The position numbers were made by a program, and so were the translations under genes. A stretch of DNA of 64,000 nucleotides, taken from an uncultured virus (IMG/VR IMGVR_UViG_3300029953_000003). Lineage: Duplodnaviria; Heunggongvirae; Uroviricota; Caudoviricetes. The stretch lies in IMG/VR virus record IMGVR_UViG_3300029953_000003. One strand, given 5' to 3'. Shown here piece after piece: positions 1 to 8,691 of the stretch. The notes beneath the pieces are model-generated. The model made no database searches. It saw only the letters and a program-made list of their open reading frames with translations, and was not told the origin of the DNA. Numbering within the stretch: the stretch's first letter is position 1; each line of letters starts with the position of its first letter.

Positions 1-305
1 TTCTGCTTGCCGAGCAGCCATGAGCGCAAGAAGCGCACCTCCTGCGGGAGGCCGAGCCTCGGCCTCTTCGGCGGGTGCCATAGTCGCGCCAACGGGCGCT
101 GCAATGGCCTGGAGCTTCGCTTTTTCGGCTTCCTTGCACTCGTAACAGCCGCAGCCGATCCCCTTCGCTCTTGCGCGTGCGCCATCCCGGAAAGCCTGCT
201 CGGCCTTGTCTTTTGCGATTCTGTTCTCGACGAACAGTCGCGCCCAGCCGCGGTGGTCGTCGTGGTACCCCGCGAACACCATCGCGCTCAACGCGTCTTT
301 GCGTT

Positions 306-608
306 TCATCGTGCCCTCTTGGAATCGACGGATGCGTTGGCTCCAACGCGCTTCAGATCCTTGAAGGATCGCAGGGCGACGGAGACCGCGTCTTCGCGAC
401 CGGCCGCCTGGGCAAGGACGGCGATCTCCCGGAGCGCCGACATCGCCACGTAGAGCGGATCGTTCGTGAGCGCGATTTTTGGCCTCTGGAGCGTGGCGAG
501 GGTGGAGTACCTCCCGCGCCAGATGGCCGGCGTCTGCGGGGTGAAGTCCGAGGGGTCCTCGGGCGAGCTCTTCCATGTGACGCGGATCGCGCTCTCTCTT
601 GAGACCAT
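306..608 (-). CDS. hypothetical protein
   Basis: ORF downstream of a TTTACA-17-CAAGAT promoter with an operator copy; start chosen at ATG 608. Confidence 0.5.
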   Translation of the reverse strand: MVSRESAIRVTWKSSPEDPSDFTPQTPAIWRGRYSTLATLQRPKIALTNDPLYVAMSALREIAVLAQAAGREDAVSVALRSFKDLKRVGANASVDSKRAR

Positions 609-639
609 CCAGCCATCTTGAGCACAGCCGAAGGTTTTG

Positions 640-657
640 TAAAGATTAACTTCTTGA
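640..657. promoter_or_regulatory. TCAAGA-N6-TCTTGA operator (TAAAGA TTAACT TCTTGA) overlapping a minus-strand -35
   Basis: one mismatch to a palindrome seen 8 times in the window. Confidence 0.55.
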
Positions 658-676
658 CGCAAGGCCAGGTCAACCA

Positions 677-1030
677 TCAGCCAACCGGCGGCAGGTGCGG
701 CCATGACGTATCGAGCGACATGAGGACGCTGTTAGCATCGCCCAGGAGGTCACGCGGCCTCACGTGGCGGGCACCCTCAAGCGCTTCAGCGACGCCTGTA
801 ACCGTGCCGTCAATCGCGGTCTCGTCAGAGCAAACGCGAAGGGGCCGATCCGTCACCAGCATGCCGACGACGGTGTAGCGATGAAGCTCGCCTTCGGGCA
901 CGCTGACGGGGTCGCGTCGCCAGAGGACGCCGCGGAAGTGTTCTCGCGTGGGCGACGCTGTCTTCTTTTCCCGAAGAGCGTCCACTTCGCCATCGAGCAT
1001 GCTGGCCTCCTCGTGCGGCTGCGACGTCAA
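677..1030 (-). CDS. hypothetical protein
   Basis: ORF directly downstream of a TTGACG-17-TACGCT promoter. Confidence 0.5.
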   Translation of the reverse strand: MTSQPHEEASMLDGEVDALREKKTASPTREHFRGVLWRRDPVSVPEGELHRYTVVGMLVTDRPLRVCSDETAIDGTVTGVAEALEGARHVRPRDLLGDANSVLMSLDTSWPHLPPVG

Positions 1031-1057
1031 CCAGCGTAGGGCGACTCTGCCAATTCG

Positions 1058-1075
1058 TCAAGAAAGTTTTCTTGA
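1058..1075. promoter_or_regulatory. operator TCAAGA AAGTTT TCTTGA overlapping the -35 of a minus-strand sigma70-like promoter
   Basis: perfect half-sites; minus strand reads TTGACG-N17-TACGCT. Confidence 0.7.
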
Positions 1076-1365
1076 GCAACCGGGCACAGGTGCCCCTAGC
1101 CCCTAGCGCTCCTTCGGCCAGAGGATGCAGACCGGCGGCGGAGGCGAGCTCTGGGTAGCGCGCTTTGCGGCGCCTTCTTCTCCGGGGCGAGTAGCACGGA
1201 GGGTCGGAGGGGGCGGCGGGATCGTCTCGGTCGTATTCGTCGTCATGGGGTGCCTCACGCGCCCGAGCCCGGCGACCTCGGGGGCCGTCGGGCATGATGC
1301 GCGTCTCGCCAGCAAGGTTACAGTGGGTAGTCGGTGGCCCTTCTCACAGAAGCCTCATGACTGCG

Positions 1366-1719
1366 TCATGCCGCGAGCCCGGCGCTGATGCGGACGAGCT
1401 CCGCCCATTTGTTCGGGTCTGCAAACGCGACCCTGGAGAGCCCGGACAGGACCGCCGCGTAGTCGGGCCGATACGCCTTCATGTGCTCGAGGCACCACGC
1501 GACCATCACCTTCTCGGTCGCGATGTGCACGCCGAAGAGAACCCAGAGGTCTACCTCGGCTTCGATCGCGTCGCGCGCCGACTCGCCGCGCTTGGCGATC
1601 TCGAGGATGACCTTGGCCTTGGCCGCCTCGTGCGCCTTGGTGGCCACGAGGCAGGCGATCTGCGTTGCGTGGGGAGGTGGGAGGGATCGCTTCGTGGTGG
1701 CTCGCTTCATGAGCACCAT
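1366..1719 (-). CDS. hypothetical protein
   Basis: ORF with protein-like composition behind the operator/promoter at 1742. Confidence 0.55.
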   Translation of the reverse strand: MVLMKRATTKRSLPPPHATQIACLVATKAHEAAKAKVILEIAKRGESARDAIEAEVDLWVLFGVHIATEKVMVAWCLEHMKAYRPDYAAVLSGLSRVAFADPNKWAELVRISAGLAA

Positions 1720-1741
1720 CTTGGGCCTGGACGGAGAATTG

Positions 1742-1759
1742 TCAAGAAAGTTTTCTTGC
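1742..1759. promoter_or_regulatory. operator TCAAGA AAGTTT TCTTGC overlapping a TTGACA -35 (minus strand)
   Basis: repeat of the operator motif. Confidence 0.65.
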
Positions 1760-1814
1760 TACCGTCCGACGGCCACTGCGGCATGCGGCAGGCATCTGCC
1801 CGCCGGCTCCTTGG

Positions 1815-2345
1815 CTAGGTGCTGGATTGCCCGACGGCGAGCGACTCGATGAGTCTGACGCACTGCGCGTTCTCCCGCTCCTTCTCCGCGGCCGTTCGGG
1901 CATTCTCCTCCGCCTCCTTCTTCAGCTCGATCGCGACCGCCTCCTCGGCGGCCTTCGTGGTCGACCGCATGGCGTCAGTGAGCGTCCCGCGGTAGCCAGG
2001 CGCCTGGAACCTCGCGAAGCCCTCGACGACGTCGACGGGGCGGCCCGAGTAGATCCGCCCACCGCCCTCGGTCTCGAGATACAGGCACCCGATGGAGTAG
2101 GTGCCGCTCACGCCTGCTTGGTACCGTCGGGTCGGATCGTAGTGGGTGACGACCTCGTGAGCTGCCTTGGAGACGTACCTGGGGCCCGGGGTGAAGTAGT
2201 GCGAGGCGACGATCTCGGCATCGGGGAACCGATCGCGCAGCGTGCGCAGCGTCGAGATCTTCTCCTTGGCGCGCTGGGCGACCTCTTCCCAGTCCTTGAT
2301 CTGTGCGTCGATGCTTGGATTTTTGTTTTCTTCGATGGTGTGCAT
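1815..2345 (-). CDS. hypothetical protein
   Basis: ATG preceded by GAGGAG; natural composition. Confidence 0.65.
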   Translation of the reverse strand: MHTIEENKNPSIDAQIKDWEEVAQRAKEKISTLRTLRDRFPDAEIVASHYFTPGPRYVSKAAHEVVTHYDPTRRYQAGVSGTYSIGCLYLETEGGGRIYSGRPVDVVEGFARFQAPGYRGTLTDAMRSTTKAAEEAVAIELKKEAEENARTAAEKERENAQCVRLIESLAVGQSST

Positions 2346-2434
2346 GGCATCTCCTCGACTCGGAGACTACCACAGCGCGCGCTTTTCGGCGCTGGGCGCT
2401 CGCGTCTTTCTCGCGAACGTTGTAACGTGCACTG

Positions 2435-2791
2435 ATGTTCACACGGCCGAAGGCTGACTTCACGAGTCCCGACGTTCTCACCCTGCTGGAGCGAGATCTT
2501 CTTGACGCTTCGTGGCGATCGCATCCAGACGCGTCGGTGCGAATTCCTCGCGGTGAGCACATGGGGGTTCATGTCCGCCCCTTTGCGCTGATCGAATGGG
2601 GCGGCACGCCGGAAGGCTTCGCGGCGCGCCAGCTTGCTGCCTACGAGCTCGGGACGCTACGCGCTCGCGTCTTCACGATCAACGAGGCCGGGCGGAAGGT
2701 CCGTGCAGAGCTCCTCGCGGAGGGCAAGATCCGCGATACGCCGCGAGACGCAACTCGGCCAGCTCATGATTGTTCTCCGCGAACGCCGTGA
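2435..2791 (+). CDS. hypothetical small winged-helix-like protein
   Basis: FTINEAGRKV-type C-terminal motif; stop codon lies inside repeat copy 1. Confidence 0.5.
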   Translation: MFTRPKADFTSPDVLTLLERDLLDASWRSHPDASVRIPRGEHMGVHVRPFALIEWGGTPEGFAARQLAAYELGTLRARVFTINEAGRKVRAELLAEGKIRDTPRDATRPAHDCSPRTP

Positions 2792-2846
2792 GCCGCGGGG
2801 TCCAGGGCCCTGGCCCTGGCGGAGGTGCCGGGGGCAGAGCCCCTGG
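2779..2846 (+). repeat. palindromic element copy 1
   Basis: GCGAACGCCGTGAGC..CCAGGGCC-N2-GGCCCTGG..GGGGCAGAGCCCC. Confidence 0.9.
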
Positions 2847-2851
2847 CGGGT

Positions 2852-3322
2852 TCACGACTTCGCGGGCTCTTCGCGCATCTCGCGCTGGAGGGCGAAGAAG
2901 GTGAGGTGGAGCGTCTGAGCGTTGAAGGTGAGGCGCGTCACGATGGTGGCGAACCTGGCCATGGTAGCAAGATCGTCTTCCGACAGTGCATCGGACAGAG
3001 AGGTCATGCCCCTGTCGAGGATGCTGAACATAGAGGCGACATGCTCGATGAGTGCGGCGATGCCTGAGCGCGTGAGGACCTCGTCGTCGTCCATGGCGCT
3101 GAAGATCGCCATGCGCTCGGACGCAGCGCTCGCCCATGGCCTGCACGGAGCCGACAGGTGAGTGAGAGCCGCGCGTGCCTCGTCGAGGTCGATGCGCACG
3201 GCGCGGAGGAGCCTCACCTGCCGCTTGGATCGACAGTGCATTTTCCGGTAGGCCGCGTAGGTGACCGCGGCAAGGAAGATGACGCCGGAAAGGAAGTAGA
3301 GAAAGCCGTCGAAGATCTTCAT
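2852..3322 (-). CDS. hypothetical membrane-anchored protein
   Basis: N-terminal hydrophobic helix; ATGA overlap with upstream ORF. Confidence 0.6.
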   Translation of the reverse strand: MKIFDGFLYFLSGVIFLAAVTYAAYRKMHCRSKRQVRLLRAVRIDLDEARAALTHLSAPCRPWASAASERMAIFSAMDDDEVLTRSGIAALIEHVASMFSILDRGMTSLSDALSEDDLATMARFATIVTRLTFNAQTLHLTFFALQREMREEPAKS

Positions 3323-3810
3323 GAAGGCTCCTTCGGGAGCGTGGAGCAGGCCGGCGTGACGGAGAATCCTCTTTCGCGAGAGGCGATGACGGGCGTGCAG
3401 CCGTGCGGCGCAAGGACCATCACGAGTCTGCCGCTGAGTGCCGCGACCGTGATCGCCATTCCTTGCTTTCCGCGCAGCTCGCGGGCGAGAGCCGAGATGT
3501 CCCTTGCAAAAAACGTGAGCTTTTTATTGGAGCCGATCTCGCTCTCGAGCACCACGAGGGCATGCCGTGAGGTGTCGTGGTGCTCGACGAACATGGCTGT
3601 TCCTTGGTCGATGGCCACTCTTCGGTCGTTCATCCACTTGAGAACGGCATTGTTGTCGCCCTGCGGCAGCTCGCCGGTCTCTTCTACCTCGACGCTCCAG
3701 TCTGTCGATGGCGGCCGGCGTACCGCCTGAATCAGCCTCTCCTGGAGGTTCAACTCGGCGCTTGTGCGTCGCCGGCGGGACTCTTCTCGTCTTCTTTGGT
3801 CTCGATTCAT
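3319..3810 (-). CDS. hypothetical protein
   Basis: GAGGA RBS immediately next to the end of repeat copy 2. Confidence 0.6.
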   Translation of the reverse strand: MNRDQRRREESRRRRTSAELNLQERLIQAVRRPPSTDWSVEVEETGELPQGDNNAVLKWMNDRRVAIDQGTAMFVEHHDTSRHALVVLESEIGSNKKLTFFARDISALARELRGKQGMAITVAALSGRLVMVLAPHGCTPVIASRERGFSVTPACSTLPKEPS

Positions 3811-3819
3811 GTCTTCCTC

Positions 3820-3878
3820 GCGAACGGCAGTGAGCTGAAGGGTCGAGGGCTCAGGCCCTGGCGGTGGCAGAGCCCCTG
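3820..3878 (+). repeat. palindromic element copy 2
   Basis: GCGAACGGCAGTGAGC..AGGGCTCAGGCCCT..GGCAGAGCCCC; supplies the stop codon of the BtpA-like ORF. Confidence 0.8.
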
Positions 3879-4603
3879 GCGCGGCTCTCGATCCCGTGGA
3901 TCGCGTCAGCCGTGGCGCGGACGCGAGACGCGTCGAGAATGCCGTGGGCCGTCTCGAGGCTGGACGCGATGATGAAGACGTCCGTGAGGTCGAGGAACAG
4001 GGCCACGTTTTCCGGACCTACGCCCGACGCGATGGCGAGGGGCGCGTCGGGGCCAAGGGCCTCGCGCATGGCGGCGATCTTGGCGCGCGTCGGAGGCGCC
4101 CCGGTGCGCGGTCCACTGGTGGTGACGATGTCGACGCCCGAGTCGCGAGCGAGCCTGGCGGTGGCACCCAGCGCCTCGTGGGGCACCCCGCGGCCGCCCT
4201 TGAACGCGATGCCGCCGAAGTAGAGGCCGTCCCAGGCGAAGTCCTGGCGCAAGCGGCGAAACTCGGAGGCGTGGAGAAGGGTGTGTAGCCTGTCATGGTC
4301 CCTCACGACCGCATCGTCACACCAGAGGCCGTGCACGAGAGAGCTCCCGATGGCGCCAAGAGACTCGAGCGCGGTGAGGCCCAGCAGGTTCACGCCGACG
4401 AAAGATACGCCGGCGCGCACCGCGCCGTCTGCGAGCTGCACGACGTGGTCGCTGGAGAGATCACCATGCGAGATCAGAAAGACCCCGTCCGCTCCGTTCG
4501 TCATGGCGACGTGAACGGCCTCCTGGGCCTGTCGCGCCTCCAGGCAGTGGACAACGACCAGGAAGACTTTCGGCCGGCTGAAGCGCTGAAGAAGTGCGTT
4601 CAT
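3851..4603 (-). CDS. BtpA/SgcQ-family TIM-barrel protein
   Basis: GADGVFL, VGVNLL, DIVTTSGPRTG, LAIASGVGPENV and FIIASSL phosphate-binding barrel motifs. Confidence 0.7.
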   Translation of the reverse strand: MNALLQRFSRPKVFLVVVHCLEARQAQEAVHVAMTNGADGVFLISHGDLSSDHVVQLADGAVRAGVSFVGVNLLGLTALESLGAIGSSLVHGLWCDDAVVRDHDRLHTLLHASEFRRLRQDFAWDGLYFGGIAFKGGRGVPHEALGATARLARDSGVDIVTTSGPRTGAPPTRAKIAAMREALGPDAPLAIASGVGPENVALFLDLTDVFIIASSLETAHGILDASRVRATADAIHGIESRARGSATARA

Positions 4604-4980
4604 TGTTGACCCTTTTTCTGATCCTTGTTTTTGGCGTGTAGCTTGAGCGACGCGATCACATTCGCGTTCTCCTCTGGAGAAAGCGCGGTCACAACGAAGT
4701 AGACGTGCCCGATCCTCGCGCAGTGCTGGGGCCCGAACGCGTGCGCGTCGGCCCGCTCAGCGTAGAACCCGTCGGCCATGCTCGGGCCGCTTGCGTTGCG
4801 TCGCCACGGAGCCCAGTAAGCGCCATCCGACCTCCACTGGACGATGCTAAAGGCGCAACTCTTCCGTGCGTCCTCTTCGCAGTGGACACATGGGCAGATC
4901 TCGATCGTTGGCATGATATCCTTCAGCAGCGCCACGGACCTGGAATCCGTACGCTCGCAGGCGGCTTCCGCTTGTTTCAT
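4600..4980 (-). CDS. hypothetical protein
   Basis: translationally coupled ORF in a minus-strand operon. Confidence 0.55.
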   Translation of the reverse strand: MKQAEAACERTDSRSVALLKDIMPTIEICPCVHCEEDARKSCAFSIVQWRSDGAYWAPWRRNASGPSMADGFYAERADAHAFGPQHCARIGHVYFVVTALSPEENANVIASLKLHAKNKDQKKGQQ

Positions 4981-4981
4981 G

Positions 4982-5215
4982 TCAGCCTCCCATCCGGCTC
5001 GTGTCGAGTCCCGTCAGGCGCCCGATGGTGGCCAGGGCAGCTTTCGTCATGCGCAAAGAGCTGCTTCGTGAAGTGCCCTTCTGCAAGAGGGCTTCGGGGA
5101 CCTGGAGAGCAATCGCGGCGTTCTTTCGCGAGCTGTAGTTCTCCATGACGCGCTCGAGCGCGTCGGCGATCGTATTCGACTCTGACCTGAAGAGCTCGAC
5201 GAGCGTGTTTTTCAT
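4982..5215 (-). CDS. hypothetical protein
   Basis: GAGGA RBS; tightly packed with neighbours. Confidence 0.5.
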   Translation of the reverse strand: MKNTLVELFRSESNTIADALERVMENYSSRKNAAIALQVPEALLQKGTSRSSSLRMTKAALATIGRLTGLDTSRMGG

Positions 5216-5314
5216 GTTACGTCCTCGTCATGCAACGTCCGCGCGCGTTGTCATCGACAAACGAGATCCTTCGGAGCTCGATTCGCAGGACGCTCGTCGC
5301 GTTCACGTCGGCGC

Positions 5315-6130
5315 CTACTCGAACCGAACGACGACGGCCGTGACGTTGTCCGGCCCGCCGGCGGCGTTTGCGGCGTCGACGAGACCTTCTGCGGCCGAGG
5401 TAGCATCCGGCGTGAACATGAGGAGCTCGAGGATCTCGTCGTCCGAAAGGGGACCGTGGAGCCCGTCGGAGCAAAGAAGAACTTGATCGCCAGGCTGGAG
5501 ATCAAAGATCGCTACATCGGCGTAGGCAGACCGTGTGCCGGTGCCTAGCGCCTTGGAGATCACGTGGCTAAACAGAAAGTCCTTCCTGTCTCTCTCTTCC
5601 AGCTTGCCCTGGCTGACCAGCTCGTTGAAGAGGCTGTGGTCCTTCGTGACGAGACGAAGGTTGCCGTCGCGGACATGGTAAACGCGGCTGTCTCCCAGGT
5701 GAGCCACGACAGCGCCGTCCTGGCAAACAAGCAGGCAGACGACCGTCGTGCCCATCTTGTCGATTTTCTTGTCCAGCCTCGCGGCCTTGCAAATCTCGTC
5801 ATTCGCAACGTTGATGGCGTCGCGAACGCGGTAGGCGTCACGCTCCGCGTTCCCGGCCAGGGGCCGCTTGGCGATCTCTCTGGCGATGGTCTCCACCGCG
5901 ATCTCGGCGGCGATCTCGCCTCCCGTGTGTCCTCCCATCCCGTCCGCGACCAGGAAGAGCCGGCGCTCGGAATCGATGCCGAAACGATCCTGGTTTCCTT
6001 GCCGGATGCGTCCCGCGTGGGATGCTCCGTGCCAGGCGAGGGTGCGGTGGGTTGACGCAACGCGTGGTTCCTTTCTCCTCGGAACCGTGGACGGTGCGAG
6101 ATCCGGCTCTTCGTTGGGGTCTAGGCTCAT
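5315..6130 (-). CDS. PP2C/Stp1-family Ser/Thr protein phosphatase
   Basis: R..NQD, VADGMGGH, MGTT, HLGDSR, CSDGL and GGPDNVT motifs. Confidence 0.93.
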   Translation of the reverse strand: MSLDPNEEPDLAPSTVPRRKEPRVASTHRTLAWHGASHAGRIRQGNQDRFGIDSERRLFLVADGMGGHTGGEIAAEIAVETIAREIAKRPLAGNAERDAYRVRDAINVANDEICKAARLDKKIDKMGTTVVCLLVCQDGAVVAHLGDSRVYHVRDGNLRLVTKDHSLFNELVSQGKLEERDRKDFLFSHVISKALGTGTRSAYADVAIFDLQPGDQVLLCSDGLHGPLSDDEILELLMFTPDATSAAEGLVDAANAAGGPDNVTAVVVRFE

Positions 6131-6411
6131 GACAGCTCTCCCTTCTCGGGACGAGGAGTCAGGGTCACGCCTTCTCGTCTCGCGATTTCGAGGAGCCCGA
6201 GACGGAGCGCCTCTACCGCGATGTTCTGCCACGCGGGTCGCATCGCGTCGGTCCTGACTGGAGAAGCCTCCCTGAGCTCGTTGATCATCCGAAGCATGTG
6301 CCTCGGGACGCTCAAGTTTCTCGCCTTCGGCGATTCGCTCGCCGAATCGGACGTTGCCTGGCGCTTGCGCGCGGGCTTCTTCGCGGTTGCTCTCTCCATG
6401 ATGTCTACCAT
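6127..6411 (-). CDS. small ribbon-helix-helix-like DNA-binding protein
   Basis: disordered basic N-terminus followed by RNLSVP-helix-helix; ATGA-coupled to PP2C. Confidence 0.45.
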   Translation of the reverse strand: MVDIMERATAKKPARKRQATSDSASESPKARNLSVPRHMLRMINELREASPVRTDAMRPAWQNIAVEALRLGLLEIARREGVTLTPRPEKGELS

Positions 6412-6438
6412 AGTCGCTTGCCCGCGAACGCGCAAGAT

Positions 6439-6491
6439 GTTACGGGGTAGGTTACGGTGTTCGTAACAGTCGGCGTAACGAAGAGCGTAAC
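6439..6491. promoter_or_regulatory. array of GTTACG/CGTAAC hexamers with ~12-bp spacing between divergent genes
   Basis: GTTACG at 6439 and 6451; CGTAAC at 6462, 6474 and 6486. Confidence 0.65.
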
Positions 6492-6508
6492 AAAGCGAGA
6501 ATGTAGCC

Positions 6509-7246
6509 GTGTTCGATTCTGAGAATCTTCGTTTCGATGAAAGCGATGCGTTGGCGCGGGTCGTGCAGGAGGATCCTGGCATGAACGACTTTCAGACCAC
6601 GGGCCCGATGCTCCTCCAGGTTCCCGCGCTCGACGTTCGCACCCGCAACGCGGTGATCGCTCACACGACGGCCGGGTGCTTCGACCCCACGATGACGGAG
6701 AAGAAGGCTCTCCTGGCGGGGCGTGCGGTCGCGCGCCTGGCCATCGGCGCGAAGCGCCTCGGGCCTCGGCAGGCGGAGGCGTGTGACACGCTGGTCGCCC
6801 AGGTGCTCCGTGCTCGCGGAAACGCGGCTCGCTACATGGCGGCCCCCGGATACGCGCCGTCCCTCCCGGCGCAGCAGGAGTCGCTCAGCTATGCGCCGGC
6901 GCAGGTCATGCCCGGCTACGCGCCGGCGCAGGTCATGTCGCAGGCTGCATCGGGCCTCAGCCCTCGTCAGGAGGGGATCCTCGTCCGGATCGAGCAGATC
7001 CTCACCATGATCCTGGCGCTCCTCATGCGGCGGGCGCCCGGCGTGTCAGTCGACGCGACATCGCTCTCGAGCCAGGCGAGTCACGGAGCGCTGGGGGGTG
7101 TCAGCTCGGCCTACCAGCTCCCGTCGGCTTCGAACGGTCTGGTTTCGTGGTCGCCCTCCGCGGCAACGGCCAACGACTACGCCCCCGCGCCTTCCGCGGC
7201 CCCGCAGCTCGCGAGCGGTTCGCGCTACGCCATGGTGCGCACGTGA
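6509..7246 (+). CDS. hypothetical protein with YAPAQVM tandem repeat
   Basis: long ORF; 27-bp tandem duplication near 6888-6938. Confidence 0.6.
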   Translation: MFDSENLRFDESDALARVVQEDPGMNDFQTTGPMLLQVPALDVRTRNAVIAHTTAGCFDPTMTEKKALLAGRAVARLAIGAKRLGPRQAEACDTLVAQVLRARGNAARYMAAPGYAPSLPAQQESLSYAPAQVMPGYAPAQVMSQAASGLSPRQEGILVRIEQILTMILALLMRRAPGVSVDATSLSSQASHGALGGVSSAYQLPSASNGLVSWSPSAATANDYAPAPSAAPQLASGSRYAMVRT

Positions 7247-7434
7247 TCCCGGCGGCAACCAAGACGGCCGCGGTGGAGCTCGACGAGCGCAGCCTTCGCG
7301 TCCTCGATACGGCCGCGGTCGCGCTCAAGGCGTGGATGCTCTCAGGAAAGCTTCCGGACGTGTCGTGGATGAGCGAGCAGGACTGGGCGTTTGCGGAAAA
7401 GTTCTTCGAAGGATCGAAAGACGATGACAACTGA
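7243..7434 (+). CDS. hypothetical protein
   Basis: GTGA overlap with upstream stop. Confidence 0.45.
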   Translation: MIPAATKTAAVELDERSLRVLDTAAVALKAWMLSGKLPDVSWMSEQDWAFAEKFFEGSKDDDN

Positions 7435-8563
7435 AGATTGTGCGGTCGTCGATGCCGCTGACTACTCGCGCGACAGTGCGCCATCCGAGGTGCAGAGCGT
7501 GTGCGGCGCGTGCGGGGGCCTCGGGAAGCTCCGGGTCATGGACGACGACGGCAAGCGCCGCGCTTCCGACGGCTGGCGGAAGTGCCTCGACTGCAACGGA
7601 ACGGGACAGGTACTCGACGGCGCCGCGACGGATGACGGCGCAGTCGGCGCGGCCGAGGGCGCAAAATCTCTCTCCAGCGAACGCAGTGAGCCCGGGGTCC
7701 AGGGCCCAGGCCCTGGCGCGGGGGTCGGGGGCGCGCAGCCCCCGAGCGGTCTCGAGCTCGTCCGCCTGGCGGTCGAGGACGGCTGCCTCGAGAACCAGGC
7801 AGCGCTGGACATGGTGCCCAGGACGACGTGGATCGCCACGGTGACCCCGGATCGTAGGAGCCCCGGCGGCCTTACCCGCCGCTTCTGGAACAAGGGGATG
7901 CGCGGCTGGTACGAGCGCCCTGGCGTGGTCGTGCCGGGTGACGTTCTCGAGATGGCCGGAGATCTCAGGAACCCGCGGAAAAAATTCGCTGGCCGCGATC
8001 GTGTGTACTGGTTTGTGACGAGTGTCTCCGCGGCATGCCTTGAGGTCGTGTCGCTTGGAACGACCCCGCCTGGGCGCAGGCGGATTGAACGCGTTCGCGA
8101 CGAGGTTGCGCGCGCGTACGCCAAGGATGTCTCGGACGTCGTAGGCGCAGTGGTAGTGCACGAGGGGCGAGTTCTTTTGACGCAGCGCCCCGCCGGCAAG
8201 ACGTTCGCGTTCGCCTGGGAGTTTCCCGGCGGGAAGGTCGAGCCTGAAGAGGAGCCGCGCGAAGCGCTCCGGCGTGAGCTTGGAGAAGAGATCGAGTGCG
8301 CTGACGCCGAGGTTGAGGAGCTCCCGATCTGGTCGGGGCACGTCCACTCGGCCGGCGTGACGGTGTCGTTCTACCTGGCGACGCTTCGTGGCGTGCCCGT
8401 GCCGAAGGAGGGCCAAGGCATCGGTTGGTTCGCGCCCGAGGAGCTCGAGAGGCAGACCCTCACGCCGGGCAACCAAGTCGCCTTGCCCGCCGTGCTCGGG
8501 TACCTGACCGCGCGCTGCTTGCCGGTCGTCCGCAGCAGCTTGATCGATCTCGATATTCCTTAG
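7424..8563 (+). CDS. DnaJ-type Zn finger / unknown domain / MutT-like Nudix hydrolase fusion
   Basis: CGACGGLG..CLDCNGTG; Nudix box WEFPGGKVEPEEEPREALRRELGEE; in-frame repeat insertion. Confidence 0.85.
   Translation: MTTEDCAVVDAADYSRDSAPSEVQSVCGACGGLGKLRVMDDDGKRRASDGWRKCLDCNGTGQVLDGAATDDGAVGAAEGAKSLSSERSEPGVQGPGPGAGVGGAQPPSGLELVRLAVEDGCLENQAALDMVPRTTWIATVTPDRRSPGGLTRRFWNKGMRGWYERPGVVVPGDVLEMAGDLRNPRKKFAGRDRVYWFVTSVSAACLEVVSLGTTPPGRRRIERVRDEVARAYAKDVSDVVGAVVVHEGRVLLTQRPAGKTFAFAWEFPGGKVEPEEEPREALRRELGEEIECADAEVEELPIWSGHVHSAGVTVSFYLATLRGVPVPKEGQGIGWFAPEELERQTLTPGNQVALPAVLGYLTARCLPVVRSSLIDLDIP
7677..7744 (+). repeat. palindromic element copy 3, in frame in the Nudix gene
   Basis: encodes SERSEPGVQGPGPGAGVGGAQPP. 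Confidence 0.9.
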
Positions 8564-8626
8564 GGCCCCCTAAGGAGAATGTTGACATTTTCTAGCAAAG
8601 TGAGAAAGTGACCCGAACGGGCGCAC

Positions 8627-8644
8627 TCAAGAATAGTTTCTTGA
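8627..8644. promoter_or_regulatory. operator TCAAGA ATAGTT TCTTGA overlapping a TTGACA -35 (plus strand)
   Basis: TTGACA-N16-TACGGT upstream of the 8692 gene. Confidence 0.7.
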
Positions 8645-8691
8645 CAGTTCAGCTCCCGTCCTTACGGTAGAGCGAGGAGCAAGAGAAAAAG

